The notes beneath the pieces are model-generated. The model saw only the letters and a list, made by a program, of their open reading frames with translations, searched no databases and was not told where the DNA came from. This document shows positions 18,174 to 28,632 of a DNA stretch of 44,206 nt, piece by piece. The position numbers were made by a program, and so were the translations under genes. The stretch spans positions 1 through 44,206 of the forward strand of contig DATHCY010000249.1 of the NCBI GenBank assembly GCA_035319305.1, read 5' to 3'. Source of the DNA: Methanocella sp. (GTDB lineage Archaea; Halobacteriota; Methanocellia; Methanocellales; Methanocellaceae). Numbering within the stretch: the first letter of the stretch is position 1; each line of letters begins with the position of its first letter.

Positions 18174-18480
18174 CCCTGCCAACGATGTGAGCCCGGGCAA
18201 TGCACCGGTACCCGGGAACTTTTCAATAGCATAACTGTTTTTCAGTAATTACCCTTTACATCACAAAAACTATTTGGGCAACCGGCAGCCAACACTAATT
18301 AACCAAATAAAAATCCCATCTGCCTGAAAGGTGTTCATACAGGCCCCGGGACAAAACCTGATGTTAATTGTGGTGGTTATGTTTTACGCGCCCAAAACAA
18401 AAACAAGTCCAGATGAACGCCCAGATGGCAAAGCCAGTCCCGGTACTCCGGGCGGGGGATATCACCGGCCACGCCGCATA

Positions 18481-21400
18481 ATGGTCAGATTTTCCGCAGT
18501 CCTAGTCACACTAATGATGATTATCACCACCATATTTTTGCCCACCATGACTACAGTACGGGCCGCCGATGATGCTCAGGCGTCCCGAGGCCCGATCAAT
18601 GCAGAGTTCGCCGAAGGCAACCACCAGACGGGATTGCGGACAAATGCGGCACAAACAGCACAGATCACCGCAGAGAACGGATCTTCTCGCCACCTCGGGC
18701 TGCTTCCGCACCCGGTAAACCTGACGCACCTAACCGGGGCGCAACTGGACGGAATAAACACGCCGGATAACGGCGACCCATCATACGGACCCGCAAGTTT
18801 GACAAAAGAGCCTGTCAAGACAGACTATCCGACATCATACGACCTACGGCAGCAAGGAAAGGTCACCGACATTCGGGATCAAGGCAGCTCAGGCAGCTGC
18901 TGGGCATTTGCCTCTATCGCCTCGCTGGAATCATACCTGCTTCCTTCGGAAACTCGAGACTTCTCCGAAAATAACCTCAAGAACACCCACGACTTCGACT
19001 GGGGAGCTAACGACGGCGGCAACAATTACATGGCGGCCGCATACATGACCCGGTGGAGCGGCCCAGTAGACGAGGCGACCGACCCGTACGATCCACACTC
19101 CACATTATCTCCAACATTTCCACCGGTGAAGCACGTGCAGAACGTGCTGTTACTACCGCCACGAGGGAGCGCTACGGATAACGATAACATCAAGTCGGCG
19201 CTTATGACCTACGGCGCGGTCTACTCGACCTACCACACCGACCAGGCGTACTATAACGGCAACAGCTACTACTACGATGGCCCGCCAACCGCTAATAACA
19301 TTTCCATGGCAAACCACGCCATCGCCATCGTAGGCTGGGACGATAATTACAGCCGGGATAATTTCGCCACGACACCGTATGTCGACGGGGCGTTCATCGT
19401 GAAGAACAGCTGGGGCTCCTCCTGGGGCGACGGCGGCTACTTCTACATATCCTACGCGGATACCCTCATCGGATCCGATAACGCGGTCTTCACCGCCGAA
19501 CCTGTCGACAACTACGACCACATCTACCAGTACGACTGGTACGGGTGGACCGAGAGCTGGGGCTTCGTCGGGTCCGACACCGGGTGGTTCGCCACAAACT
19601 ACACGGCATCGGGCAACCAAGTGCTCGAAGCCGCGGGCTTTTACACGGCCGCGATCGATTCGGAATATACTATATTCGTTTACAGGAGCGGCTCGCCGGT
19701 GGAGACGTCAACCGGAACTATCCATGTTCCGGGCTACCATACGATCCAACTCCAGACCGGGATCCCGCTGACGACCGGCCAGCCGTTCCGGATCGAGGTC
19801 CGGCTGCGCACACCTGGATATAACTTTCCGATACCGATCGAAAGCAGGTTGTGGGGTTACGACTCCGGGGCCACCGCTAACGAGTCGGAGAGCTTTTACA
19901 GCTATAATGGCGTGGACTGGAGCGACTCGTATACGCAAGGGATCTCAGATGACGCTGACGTCACTTTGAAGGCATATACAACTTCGATCCCACCACTGCT
20001 CGGCTTCTCTACCAGCGAAATCGACGGCTCGCTGAGCGTGATAGATATGTCTAATGACACGGTCATCGCAACGCTCGACGTAGGCGATGGCGCCCACAGC
20101 GCGGCGATTAGCCCCGGAGGTGCATACGTATACGTCACGGATAATTCGACCGGCCGGCTGCAGGTAATCGACACGAGAAACCTGGCACTGATACGCTCAA
20201 TCCCTATAGGAAGCCATCCCCATGGCGTAGCGGTGAGCCCCGACGGCAGCATTGCGGCGGTAGCCAACAGCGGCGATTCCACGGTGTCACTGGTCGATCT
20301 GCACAATGGTACCGTCTCTCACACCATCACTGCGGGCCAGGGCACGGAGGCTGTAGCGTTCAGCCCGGACGGGTCGACCGTTTACGCCGCGAACAAAGCG
20401 GACGGGACCGTGACAATGATCGATGTGCATGACGGCTCAGTCAGCGCGATGGTAACGGTCGGCGACATGCCGGAGGCTATAGCGATAGCGCCTGATGGAA
20501 CGGCGTACGTGGCGAACCATGATAGCCAAAACGTATCCATCATCAACGGAGATCAGGTTGTCGGAATGATCAATCTGACAGGGCATCCGGGCTCGATCGT
20601 GGTCGATAAAGACAGCAGCTTCGCCTATGTCTCGTATCCTGAAGGCGCCGGCATAGACGTGATTGATCTCAATGCCGGCACTGTTACTGGAAACATTTCG
20701 ACGGCCGACTACGGGCCGCTGGGACTCTCTGCCGATGGTCGGATGCTATATGCAGCGAAAGCCGGCACTAGCGAGATCGCATCGTATCTACTGCCGGAAG
20801 GTATCAACGCAGGCACCTTCTTGGCGGGCAATAACACGACAGGTATCGCGCTGGGCCCCGTTTATCAGTCTCCATCGCTCCAGTTCACACAGGCTGAATA
20901 TTCGATCAACCGGAGCGATACCACCCTTACGATCGCCGTGGAGAGGGACGGATGCATAGACATGCCGCTGGACACGGAGATCGGTGTCTTGGGCGGCAAT
21001 GCCACCGCAGGAGTCGACTACATGATTCCGGCGAGCACTGTATACTTCGCCCCGGGTGCCAGGGAGACGACGTTTGACCTATCCATTTTGAACTATACTG
21101 GAAGGGATAAAACGCTGATCCTATCACTGATAGGATCGGATGAGGCTTCGATCGGACAGAACAGCTCGACGATGGTAAACATCAGAAGCACACCCATTTC
21201 ATACACGACAAGCCTGACGGCCGGATGGAATCTCCTATCGGTCCCAATAGTCCCAGAGAATGATAGTATCACGAGCGTTATTCCACCTGAAGTGATGGCT
21301 GATACAAAGATCATCTGGGTATACGACAACAATAATCCACAGTCACCATGGCGATTTTACAAGCCCACCAGGACAGTGAACTATATCTCAAACCTCACCT

Positions 21401-21672
21401 ACGGTACGGGTTTCTGGATCTACGTATACAATAATACGATCCTGACATTTACCGGAACGATCCCCGAAAACCAAGCTATACCCATTGGCAAGGGCTGGAA
21501 TCTGATAGGCCCTTCCAGCATTACAATCAGTACCCCTGCTGAGCTATACGGCGGCTATTATATCACATGGGGATATGAAAACGGGCAGTGGAACTTCTAC
21601 AAGCCCAGCCGCACGATCAACACACTATCAACAGTAAAACCAGGCTACGGCTATTGGGTGAAATGTCTATGA
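18481..21672 (+). CDS. Secreted papain-family (C1A) cysteine protease with lectin-like, YVTN beta-propeller, Calx-beta and C-terminal surface domain
   Basis: Signal peptide; RDQGSSGSCWAF (Cys), NHAIAIVGWDD (His), KNSWG (Asn); YVTD/AVAN/YAAN/YVAN repeats; LQFTQAEYSI...ATAGVDY Calx-beta; LTAGWNLLSVP/GWNLIG tail. ORF track start 18331 is an alternative. Confidence 0.9.
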   Translation: MVRFSAVLVTLMMIITTIFLPTMTTVRAADDAQASRGPINAEFAEGNHQTGLRTNAAQTAQITAENGSSRHLGLLPHPVNLTHLTGAQLDGINTPDNGDPSYGPASLTKEPVKTDYPTSYDLRQQGKVTDIRDQGSSGSCWAFASIASLESYLLPSETRDFSENNLKNTHDFDWGANDGGNNYMAAAYMTRWSGPVDEATDPYDPHSTLSPTFPPVKHVQNVLLLPPRGSATDNDNIKSALMTYGAVYSTYHTDQAYYNGNSYYYDGPPTANNISMANHAIAIVGWDDNYSRDNFATTPYVDGAFIVKNSWGSSWGDGGYFYISYADTLIGSDNAVFTAEPVDNYDHIYQYDWYGWTESWGFVGSDTGWFATNYTASGNQVLEAAGFYTAAIDSEYTIFVYRSGSPVETSTGTIHVPGYHTIQLQTGIPLTTGQPFRIEVRLRTPGYNFPIPIESRLWGYDSGATANESESFYSYNGVDWSDSYTQGISDDADVTLKAYTTSIPPLLGFSTSEIDGSLSVIDMSNDTVIATLDVGDGAHSAAISPGGAYVYVTDNSTGRLQVIDTRNLALIRSIPIGSHPHGVAVSPDGSIAAVANSGDSTVSLVDLHNGTVSHTITAGQGTEAVAFSPDGSTVYAANKADGTVTMIDVHDGSVSAMVTVGDMPEAIAIAPDGTAYVANHDSQNVSIINGDQVVGMINLTGHPGSIVVDKDSSFAYVSYPEGAGIDVIDLNAGTVTGNISTADYGPLGLSADGRMLYAAKAGTSEIASYLLPEGINAGTFLAGNNTTGIALGPVYQSPSLQFTQAEYSINRSDTTLTIAVERDGCIDMPLDTEIGVLGGNATAGVDYMIPASTVYFAPGARETTFDLSILNYTGRDKTLILSLIGSDEASIGQNSSTMVNIRSTPISYTTSLTAGWNLLSVPIVPENDSITSVIPPEVMADTKIIWVYDNNNPQSPWRFYKPTRTVNYISNLTYGTGFWIYVYNNTILTFTGTIPENQAIPIGKGWNLIGPSSITISTPAELYGGYYITWGYENGQWNFYKPSRTINTLSTVKPGYGYWVKCL

Positions 21673-21681
21673 AGTGATTAT

Positions 21682-22557
21682 ATGATCAAAACTACGCTTA
21701 CAATGATATTGACCACATTAATAGTGATCGCACTCTTTTCGAGCATAGTACTGGCTGATAGTGACGCCCCTCCAGCCGTCCCAGACGACCCAGATGCTAC
21801 CCCAATTCCATCCGGAGGCGGAGGAGGCGGAGGAGGCGGAGGAGGCGGCTCTTATGTGCCGCAGGCGTTCCAGCCATATACCGAGCCTCTGAAGTCCAGC
21901 GATGGTAGTGTCGTTGGCAGCCTGGACGTGGAGGATTATTCTAAGGTACTACTTGCTGCGGCCGGCAATGCCACGGTGGACAACCGGACATATTCGCTGT
22001 CGATCAGGTCGGAGCTCGGCAGCAAGCCGGTAGACGCGGTGATGGATTTTGAACTCGGCTACAATAATTCGTCCTCGCTTCCGGTAGGGCTGACTGATGC
22101 CTTATACCTATACTCGGCCAAGGTGACAAGGTCGGGCAAGTTTGGATGGGGGCTTAAATCAGGCACCGTCACCATGACTTGGACTCTTCCCGTATCGGTT
22201 TTACCGGGAAACGGCTCGCAGTACTATATGGTACGCTATGATCAGATCGGATACCAGATTGTACCGGCTCAGATTAAGCTTAACAACGGCTCTGCCACAT
22301 TCACCGCTTCTCCGGAATCAGAAGATGGTACCTTTACTCTGGTATTCGCGAGCTTGGTGAAGCCGACGCCTACCCCGACATCAACTCCGGAGCCGACGGA
22401 GTTGATACACGTCGCGCCAGAGCAGATGAAGGCGACGCCTGTCCCTGCCGCTTTCGGTGAGGTACAGTTTGGCTATGTCGGCTGGGTTGCCATGTTTATC
22501 AGCGGAGCGGCGATCGGCGGGATTGCGGCCTTTTTTATGGGCAGGAGGATCAGCTAA
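21682..22557 (+). CDS. Membrane-anchored cell-surface protein (PGF-pre-PGF-like layout)
   Basis: Signal peptide, poly-Gly, beta-rich domain, PT linker, C-terminal TM + RR; 9 nt after the protease gene. Confidence 0.75.
   Translation: MIKTTLTMILTTLIVIALFSSIVLADSDAPPAVPDDPDATPIPSGGGGGGGGGGGGSYVPQAFQPYTEPLKSSDGSVVGSLDVEDYSKVLLAAAGNATVDNRTYSLSIRSELGSKPVDAVMDFELGYNNSSSLPVGLTDALYLYSAKVTRSGKFGWGLKSGTVTMTWTLPVSVLPGNGSQYYMVRYDQIGYQIVPAQIKLNNGSATFTASPESEDGTFTLVFASLVKPTPTPTSTPEPTELIHVAPEQMKATPVPAAFGEVQFGYVGWVAMFISGAAIGGIAAFFMGRRIS
21814..21849 (+). repeat. (GGA/GGC)n microsatellite encoding Gly12
   Basis: GGAGGCGGAGGAGGCGGAGGAGGCGGAGGAGGCGGC. Confidence 0.9.
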
Positions 22558-22602
22558 TCGTTTTATACCAGGAACGAGAAAAAGCTGCGCTTGATCGATC
22601 CC

Positions 22603-23409
22603 ATGACAACGCCGAGATGGTTTACCCACATGATCCTCAGGACTTTCAGGCTACGATTCCTATTCGCCCGCTTCACCAGGCTTCCGCTGATGGGAGCGTT
22701 CTTCAAGCGCACATTATTCGGCGGCGATGCGATCGTCTATCTGCCCCAGAACCGGGCGGTAGAGGTGAGCCGTACTATTAGCCCAGGATCGCAAATGTTT
22801 ATCCCATCCGAAGTGATCGAGAGGTTCGTCGACCGATCCTCCCACATAGTCCTCATGAACTGGTGCATATGCCGGAAAGCGTCGGGCTGTAAAGACTACC
22901 CTCAAGAGTTCGGCTGTCTGTTTTTAGGCGAGGCCTCGAAACACATTGACCCTGAGCTAGGGCGGCCTGTGACGAAGGAAGAGGCGATCGCCCATCTAAA
23001 AAAATGCCGTGAAGCGGGCCTGGTGCACATGATCGGCCATAACAGGGTGGATTCGATCTGGCTGAACGCCCGACCACACCGGAAGCTCCTCACTGTATGT
23101 AACTGCTGTCCCTGTTGCTGCCTGTGGAAAATTCTCCCGGGGTTATCGCCAGTGATCAGCACAGATGTAACGAAGATGCCAGGCCTCGAGATGACCGTGG
23201 ATATTGATAAGTGCACGGGCTGTGGCGCCTGCACTAAATCCTGTTTCGTTAACGCGATTACTGTCGACGGCGGCAAGGCGCGGATCAGCCCTGATTGCCG
23301 CGGGTGCGGACGGTGCGCGGTGAAATGCCCTCGGAGCGCCATAGAGGTGAAGATGGGCGATATAGAGGGGACCGTAGAGAGGATCGCCTCAGCGGTTGAT
23401 GTTTCGTGA
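22603..23409 (+). CDS. 4Fe-4S dicluster ferredoxin-domain protein
   Basis: CICR, GCLF, CNCCPCCC, CTGCGACTKSC and CRGCGRCAVKCP. Confidence 0.88.
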   Translation: MTTPRWFTHMILRTFRLRFLFARFTRLPLMGAFFKRTLFGGDAIVYLPQNRAVEVSRTISPGSQMFIPSEVIERFVDRSSHIVLMNWCICRKASGCKDYPQEFGCLFLGEASKHIDPELGRPVTKEEAIAHLKKCREAGLVHMIGHNRVDSIWLNARPHRKLLTVCNCCPCCCLWKILPGLSPVISTDVTKMPGLEMTVDIDKCTGCGACTKSCFVNAITVDGGKARISPDCRGCGRCAVKCPRSAIEVKMGDIEGTVERIASAVDVS

Positions 23410-23452
23410 CGGGTATGCCGCGTCCACGCGGCAAACTCATGCTTAATGGATT

Positions 23453-24367
23453 TCAGAAGAAGGGGTTGATCCCCACAGCTGCACAGCCAATCAGGAATCC
23501 GACGATAGCGCCGGTGCACAGGAATGGCAGGCCTGCCTGGGGTTTTCCCTTCAGCACGAAGTACATCAACAAAACATAGCTGACTAGCGTGCCTATGGAT
23601 GTGCAGAGAGCTGGCACATTGATAAAGCCAGCGATAACTGGTGCCGCGAGGAACGCCTGGGCGGAGACGGTTAGCACGGTGGGCATGACGGCGTCACCGA
23701 GTCCCATGAAGTATGCTTCCCGTTCCTGGCCAGGCTCGAGCTTTTGTATTTTGCTTCGGGCATACGAGTAGCTGAGCTTCCGGGGCAAGACGAAGAGGAT
23801 GGGAAGCTTCAGGTCCATGACACCTTCAGCCAGTTGGATCATATGCTTTGTCTTGTACACGGCGATGAAGTCGTACACCGCAAGCAGCACCAGCAGCAGA
23901 ATCGTGGGTAGAATTGATAGAGAGATCCCGAACAATGCGCTGGCCCCCGCCGCGGTGAGGATCCCCACAATGTCGACGAGATACCACTCGGGGTACACGA
24001 TCATCAGGATGGTGGATAAGAGGGATAGTATCAGCGCTGCAGCCAGTCGGATCCAGTCCGGCACATCGGGGAATATCAGCAAGCTCACGCCGAGCAATGC
24101 ATATACCATGGCAGAGAGTACAGCGAATCCCATAAAGAGCTGGATCACCCACCGCATGTTGTACTTGATGATGAGCAACATAATGGCGGTGAACAGTATA
24201 ATGATCACAATGTAGATGATGGGGTTCAGCAGGTTCTGTGGATCCGAGAATGCCTTAAGGCCGGACGAATTCAGCGGGGCCACGAGTACAATGGCAATGA
24301 TCTGAACGGCAACTAGAAAAAGCCCCATTCCGACGGGGCCGGTGAGATCAGCGGGTCTCAGCTTCAA
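23453..24367 (-). CDS. Presenilin-family intramembrane aspartyl protease (PSH)
   Basis: Multiple TM helices with LAVYDFIAVYKTKHM, MGLGD and QAGLPFL. Confidence 0.92.
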   Translation of the reverse strand: MKLRPADLTGPVGMGLFLVAVQIIAIVLVAPLNSSGLKAFSDPQNLLNPIIYIVIIILFTAIMLLIIKYNMRWVIQLFMGFAVLSAMVYALLGVSLLIFPDVPDWIRLAAALILSLLSTILMIVYPEWYLVDIVGILTAAGASALFGISLSILPTILLLVLLAVYDFIAVYKTKHMIQLAEGVMDLKLPILFVLPRKLSYSYARSKIQKLEPGQEREAYFMGLGDAVMPTVLTVSAQAFLAAPVIAGFINVPALCTSIGTLVSYVLLMYFVLKGKPQAGLPFLCTGAIVGFLIGCAAVGINPFF

Positions 24368-24430
24368 GCGTTATCACACACACATATTTCACCCTGTCAA
24401 TTAGTCGCTGAATGGAAATAAAGATGTCCC

Positions 24431-24643
24431 CTATGACCGGCTGTCCCCCCCTTTTGACGGTTCCATCATCGAAACCCCGTTCAAACGAAAGCAGCGGCGC
24501 GCGCCGCAGTTCATACAGGTGATGGCTACCTCGTCCGGCCTTATCTCGATCTGCTGTACGGCCTCCTTCCCACAGTTAAAACATGAGGTCTCCCGGCTAA
24601 AATCCCAGCTTTCAACTCCTCGGGAGCGACCCTTAAGATGCAT
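24431..24643 (-). CDS. Small zinc-ribbon protein
   Basis: CFNC...CMNCG in 70 aa. Confidence 0.7.
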   Translation of the reverse strand: MHLKGRSRGVESWDFSRETSCFNCGKEAVQQIEIRPDEVAITCMNCGARRCFRLNGVSMMEPSKGGDSRS

Positions 24644-24817
24644 AGGTCAGTATCGGCCTGCGTGGTGAAAAACCATCGCTGTAAATAATCCAGGAACGCG
24701 TCAAGTGATTAACTGCGATCTTTCAGTGCGATCTTTCAGCGGCTCGCTTACTTACTCATCGAACAAACAAATGATATTTATTGCATGCCGCCAATAATCA
24801 TCGCAGGTGATTATTTT

Positions 24818-25228
24818 ATGTTTCCTGGCATGGGCGGCAGAGGCATCAATCCCAAACAGCTGCAGAAGCAGATGAAGTCCCTCGGCATCGATATGTACGA
24901 TATCGAGGACGTGAAGCAAGTGATCATACGGACAGGCGAGAAGGAGATCATCTTTAATGACGCACAGGTTACGGTCATGGACGCCAAGGGTATGAAATCG
25001 TACCAGATCACCGGCACCCCTGAGGAGAGGCAGTTGAGCATCGCACAACAGGAGGCCTCGTCAGAGAAACCGGCGGCAGAGACGAAAAAGCCTTTAGGGA
25101 TACCCGAGGAAGACGTCACGCTGGTTGCATCCCAGGCTAAAGTTAGTCGGGAAGTGGCCAGACAGGCCCTGACAGATGCTGGGGGCGACCTCGCTGAGGC
25201 CATCATGAAGCTGAGCGGGGGCTCATAG
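24818..25228 (+). CDS. nac: Archaeal nascent polypeptide-associated complex protein
   Basis: INPKQLQKQMKSLGI, KSYQITG and UBA-like EEDVTLVASQAKVS...GDLAEAIMKL; GGTGA RBS. Confidence 0.93.
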   Translation: MFPGMGGRGINPKQLQKQMKSLGIDMYDIEDVKQVIIRTGEKEIIFNDAQVTVMDAKGMKSYQITGTPEERQLSIAQQEASSEKPAAETKKPLGIPEEDVTLVASQAKVSREVARQALTDAGGDLAEAIMKLSGGS

Positions 25229-25291
25229 GGGCGCGTTGCAGCAAGTGGAGACATACGATGGCTGCGTCCGGGCTGCTCGGGGGCCTCATAG

Positions 25292-26044
25292 TTGGTAGTG
25301 ATCGAGAAGGGAACTCAGGTTCTGTTAAGGGCTGAAGGCCGTGAGTATGTTGCACTGGCCGGCGACGATAAGCCCATGCATACGGACCTGGGTATCGTTG
25401 ACCTGAAATCCCTGACTGGCAAATGGTGGGGTGATTCGGTTAGGTCCCATCTGGGCAAGGAGTTCCTGATCATTAAGCCCCGGGCGCCGGATCTGTTCCG
25501 CCATATGAAGCGTACTGGCGCCCCGGTCATGCCCAAGGACGTGGGCGTTATCATCGCTTACACCGGACTATGCCCTTCAGACGTGGTGCTGGACGCCGGG
25601 ACTGGCTCGGGGGTGCTCGCCGCGTACCTGGGTACCATCGCTGCGAAGGTGATCACCTGTGAAACCAACGAGCAGTTTGCCGTCAGCGCCAGGAAAAACA
25701 TGGAGCGTGCCGGCCTGCACAACGTGGAGGTGAGGCATGCAGACATCTTGCAAGAGATTGAGCGCCTTGAGGGGCCGTTCGATGTAATCACCCTGGATTT
25801 GCAGGATGCTGCCAAGACTGTCCCGGGTGCTGTGAGGCTGCTCCGAAGGGGAGGATTCCTGGCTGTGTATTCTCCATTCTTCGAGCAGGCCTCCGAAGTC
25901 AGGACCGCGGTGGAGACCGCCGGCTTTCAGGATATCATGACGATCATCATCACCGAGCAGGAGATAGAGTACAGCAAGCGGGGTACACGACCTTCGACCA
26001 GGGTAGGGCATACGGGTTTTATCACTATTGCCAGGAAATTTTAA
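25292..26044 (+). CDS. trmI: tRNA (adenine-N1, 57/58) methyltransferase
   Basis: HTDLG, MPKD, VLDAGTGSG, LDL, YSPFFEQ, TRP and HTGFITIARK. Confidence 0.9.
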   Translation: MVVIEKGTQVLLRAEGREYVALAGDDKPMHTDLGIVDLKSLTGKWWGDSVRSHLGKEFLIIKPRAPDLFRHMKRTGAPVMPKDVGVIIAYTGLCPSDVVLDAGTGSGVLAAYLGTIAAKVITCETNEQFAVSARKNMERAGLHNVEVRHADILQEIERLEGPFDVITLDLQDAAKTVPGAVRLLRRGGFLAVYSPFFEQASEVRTAVETAGFQDIMTIIITEQEIEYSKRGTRPSTRVGHTGFITIARKF

Positions 26045-26208
26045 AGGCCGTCTTCCGCCGTCCCATAACCACGTTTTCCATAGGAAATTAAGGGGTTGAG
26101 CTGGAGATGTTCACTATGTATGCCCTTGCAGAACCTAAAAAAAATTCTAAAAAGATTGGTCACTTTTGGGTTTTAGACTGCCCCATCGTCGATATTAGAA
26201 TCGACAGT

Positions 26209-27015
26209 TCAGCTTTCTTTATCGGCGAGTAGGGCGATGATCTCGGTACGCAACGTCTCAGACAGGTGTTCGACCGCCTCTGGGTATGACGCCCGGTAAG
26301 GCATGAGCCTGGAAAGCCATATACGGCGGTCCTGCACCTTGCCAAGCCTTTCCTGGAGGGCTTTGATCCGATCGATCTCCCCCAGGTTTTCATCGCCTTC
26401 CCCGGTTATGTCCAGCGCGTATCTCAGCTTTTTGGCCCTAATGCGGGCTTTATGGAGACGATCCAGCAAGTTCTCGTCGTCCGGTGACAGCGTGGTATCG
26501 AGATCGTCGAGCGCCGTTATTGCCTCCTGAAAATTTTTCCGCAGCTTTCTGATGCGCCTTTCCCGATTGGAACGCTTCGTATGGCTGAGGTTTCGCAGCC
26601 AGCGGTCGATTAGGTGCCTGAACGCCGGGGTTTCCAGCCTGGGCAGAGAGCTAGATGCCTCCATCCTGACCGTATATCGCTCCATGACCAGATCTGCTCC
26701 CCATGCCCTGATGAGCCCGAACTCGTCCGCTCTGGCCACCTCTTCCCTGCGGGAGAGTTCCTCGATGAGAACATCCAGATCCCGCAGCCTACCCAGCAAC
26801 TGCATCCGTTGATGAACAGCCTGCTGAAGCTCCCCCCATCTATGCCGGGCTCTCCTTGATTTAGGAACTAGGCTTATACAGGCGAGCAGGGATCGTCCCG
26901 CTACCCGCATTCGGTGCAAATCCTCAGGGTCGGCGAAAGTCAGCACGGCCGGCACGCTATCGGCAAACTGACGGCTGATCACGTCCGCCTTCCGGACAAA
27001 CGCGCCCCTCTTCAT
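26209..27015 (-). CDS. CHAD domain protein
   Basis: EDLHRMRVAGR, LGRLRDLDV, LHKARIRAKKLRY and LQERLGKVQD. Confidence 0.88.
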   Translation of the reverse strand: MKRGAFVRKADVISRQFADSVPAVLTFADPEDLHRMRVAGRSLLACISLVPKSRRARHRWGELQQAVHQRMQLLGRLRDLDVLIEELSRREEVARADEFGLIRAWGADLVMERYTVRMEASSSLPRLETPAFRHLIDRWLRNLSHTKRSNRERRIRKLRKNFQEAITALDDLDTTLSPDDENLLDRLHKARIRAKKLRYALDITGEGDENLGEIDRIKALQERLGKVQDRRIWLSRLMPYRASYPEAVEHLSETLRTEIIALLADKES

Positions 27016-27167
27016 CCATATCAATTATGTCGGCTGAATACTTATACGATCGCCACCTTGAGATGGGTGAGAACCATCTTTCCTGCCGTAGTTTCCTGGA
27101 GTTTCTCGGCCTATAACCCTGCCGTGATAACCCGGCAGGCGCTGATATAGGAACGTATCCTGTACGG

Positions 27168-28398
27168 GTCAATTACCAACGACTTTAGTCGTTGGCTTGC
27201 GATTCAACTTCCCTTCCGGGCAGACCGCAATAGGCACATTGACAAGCGCCCTTGCCAAGATATTCTTGAATGCAATAATCGGCGAGTTCGGTACGGCCGC
27301 AGTTCAGACAGACGAACTCTGCCTGAGTCTTGCGGTTATTCTTATCTGTGTAGCCACAGACTGAGCATTCTCTGCTGGTGTTCTTTGGATTGACAAAAGT
27401 TACCAGGACACCGGCTATCTTAGCCTTGTATTCAATGAACTGTCTAAGTTGGTCGAACGCCCATTTACCGAAACGTCCACGCTGCTTGTGTCTAACCGTT
27501 GTCCGAGAGCAGATATAGGTCAGTTCTTCCATTGCTATCGCTCTGTTCGTGTCTTTTGCTGCTTGAACGATTTGTTTTGCTATGGTATGATTGGTATTGG
27601 TCTTGAAACGCCTTTCATGACCCGATATTTGCTTGAGATGGCGTTTAGCTGATTTTGTATCGGCACTCTGTAAGCGTGCTTTGAGGTTAGAGAAGCGTCC
27701 TCTAACTTCGTTGCACTTATCACCGGAGTAGATTATGCCATCGCTGGTCGTGGCGATGTTCACGATGCCGAGGTCAACACCCAGATGTCCCTCTGGAGTT
27801 ATCGGGGCTTCTTCGGGCACGTCCACCACGATACAGAGGTACAGTTCGCATTTCACATAGATGAGGTCGGCCTGACCCTTAATCCGCTTTGCATCGAGCT
27901 TTGCATAGCTACCGTAGACCATCAGCACGACAACTCTGCCAGAGATGGTCGTTATACTGTCTTTGTCCAGTCCTTTGTATGATAGAATGCGCTGGTCGTA
28001 GACGATAGCCCCGTGTTTGTCAAACTCATGCAGGGTTTTCTTTTCGGCTTTGATGATTCGACCGCCTTCGCGATTGCTCTGATAGCCAATTGAGCAGGAA
28101 GTTTGAATTCGTCCCTAATTTCATAATAACATTGTTGCTGTAAGACTATTTTGTTGTAACACTTTTGCTCGAATGCCAGTCTGGATATTTTGTTACAGGC
28201 TTCGTTGAAGCGTTCCATAGTGGCCACTAACTTCTCCTTCTGCTCTCGGTCCGGAGATAGTTTAGCTTTGAGCGTTAGCAGCATACTTATTGAATCAACC
28301 GTTCAGTTCATAAATAGTTTACTGAATAAGGAATTCGAGGGGTAAATCCCCCCAATGGCTAAAGCCACTGGCCTCCTTCACCCCACGGCCCCAAGATC
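27168..28398 (-). mobile_element. IS1341-type (tnpB-only) IS200/IS605 element, family A
   Basis: Left end after TTCAC with hairpin CCAGTGGCTTTAGCCATTGG; right end AAGCCAACGACTAAAGTCGTTGGTAATTGAC; single tnpB and no tnpA. Confidence 0.88.
27185..28284 (-). pseudogene. tnpB: TnpB RNA-guided endonuclease, frameshifted
   Basis: MLLTLKAKL...FNEACN; frameshift near 28055; then YDQRIL, LGVDLGIVN (RuvC-I), IAMEEL (RuvC-II), YKAKIAG, NTSRECSVCG, FVCLNCG and ADY; second frameshift near 27275. Confidence 0.9.
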
Positions 28399-28632
28399 GT
28401 GAAACATTGATCGCTGCCAATGATCGACCGGAAATTATTTTTAATCAATAGAAACTATTTTTTAGCCGAGAATAGCCCCGGAGCTCATTGTTTTTCTACA
28501 ATCGGCCGGTAATATAAGCTTGGTATTGCACCTGCTTTGATCTTAATGTTAAAATTGGCGTTTCCCGGGTTTTTCCGTCTTATGTTGAATTATAAAATAA
28601 TATGCGTTCGAGGTTTTTGTCGTATAGGGTGA

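Noticed and set aside
28040-28070. Programmed frameshift in tnpB
   Set aside because: A single-base loss in a TAC codon restores ESYKAEKKT, and a second frameshift exists downstream, so decay is the simpler explanation.
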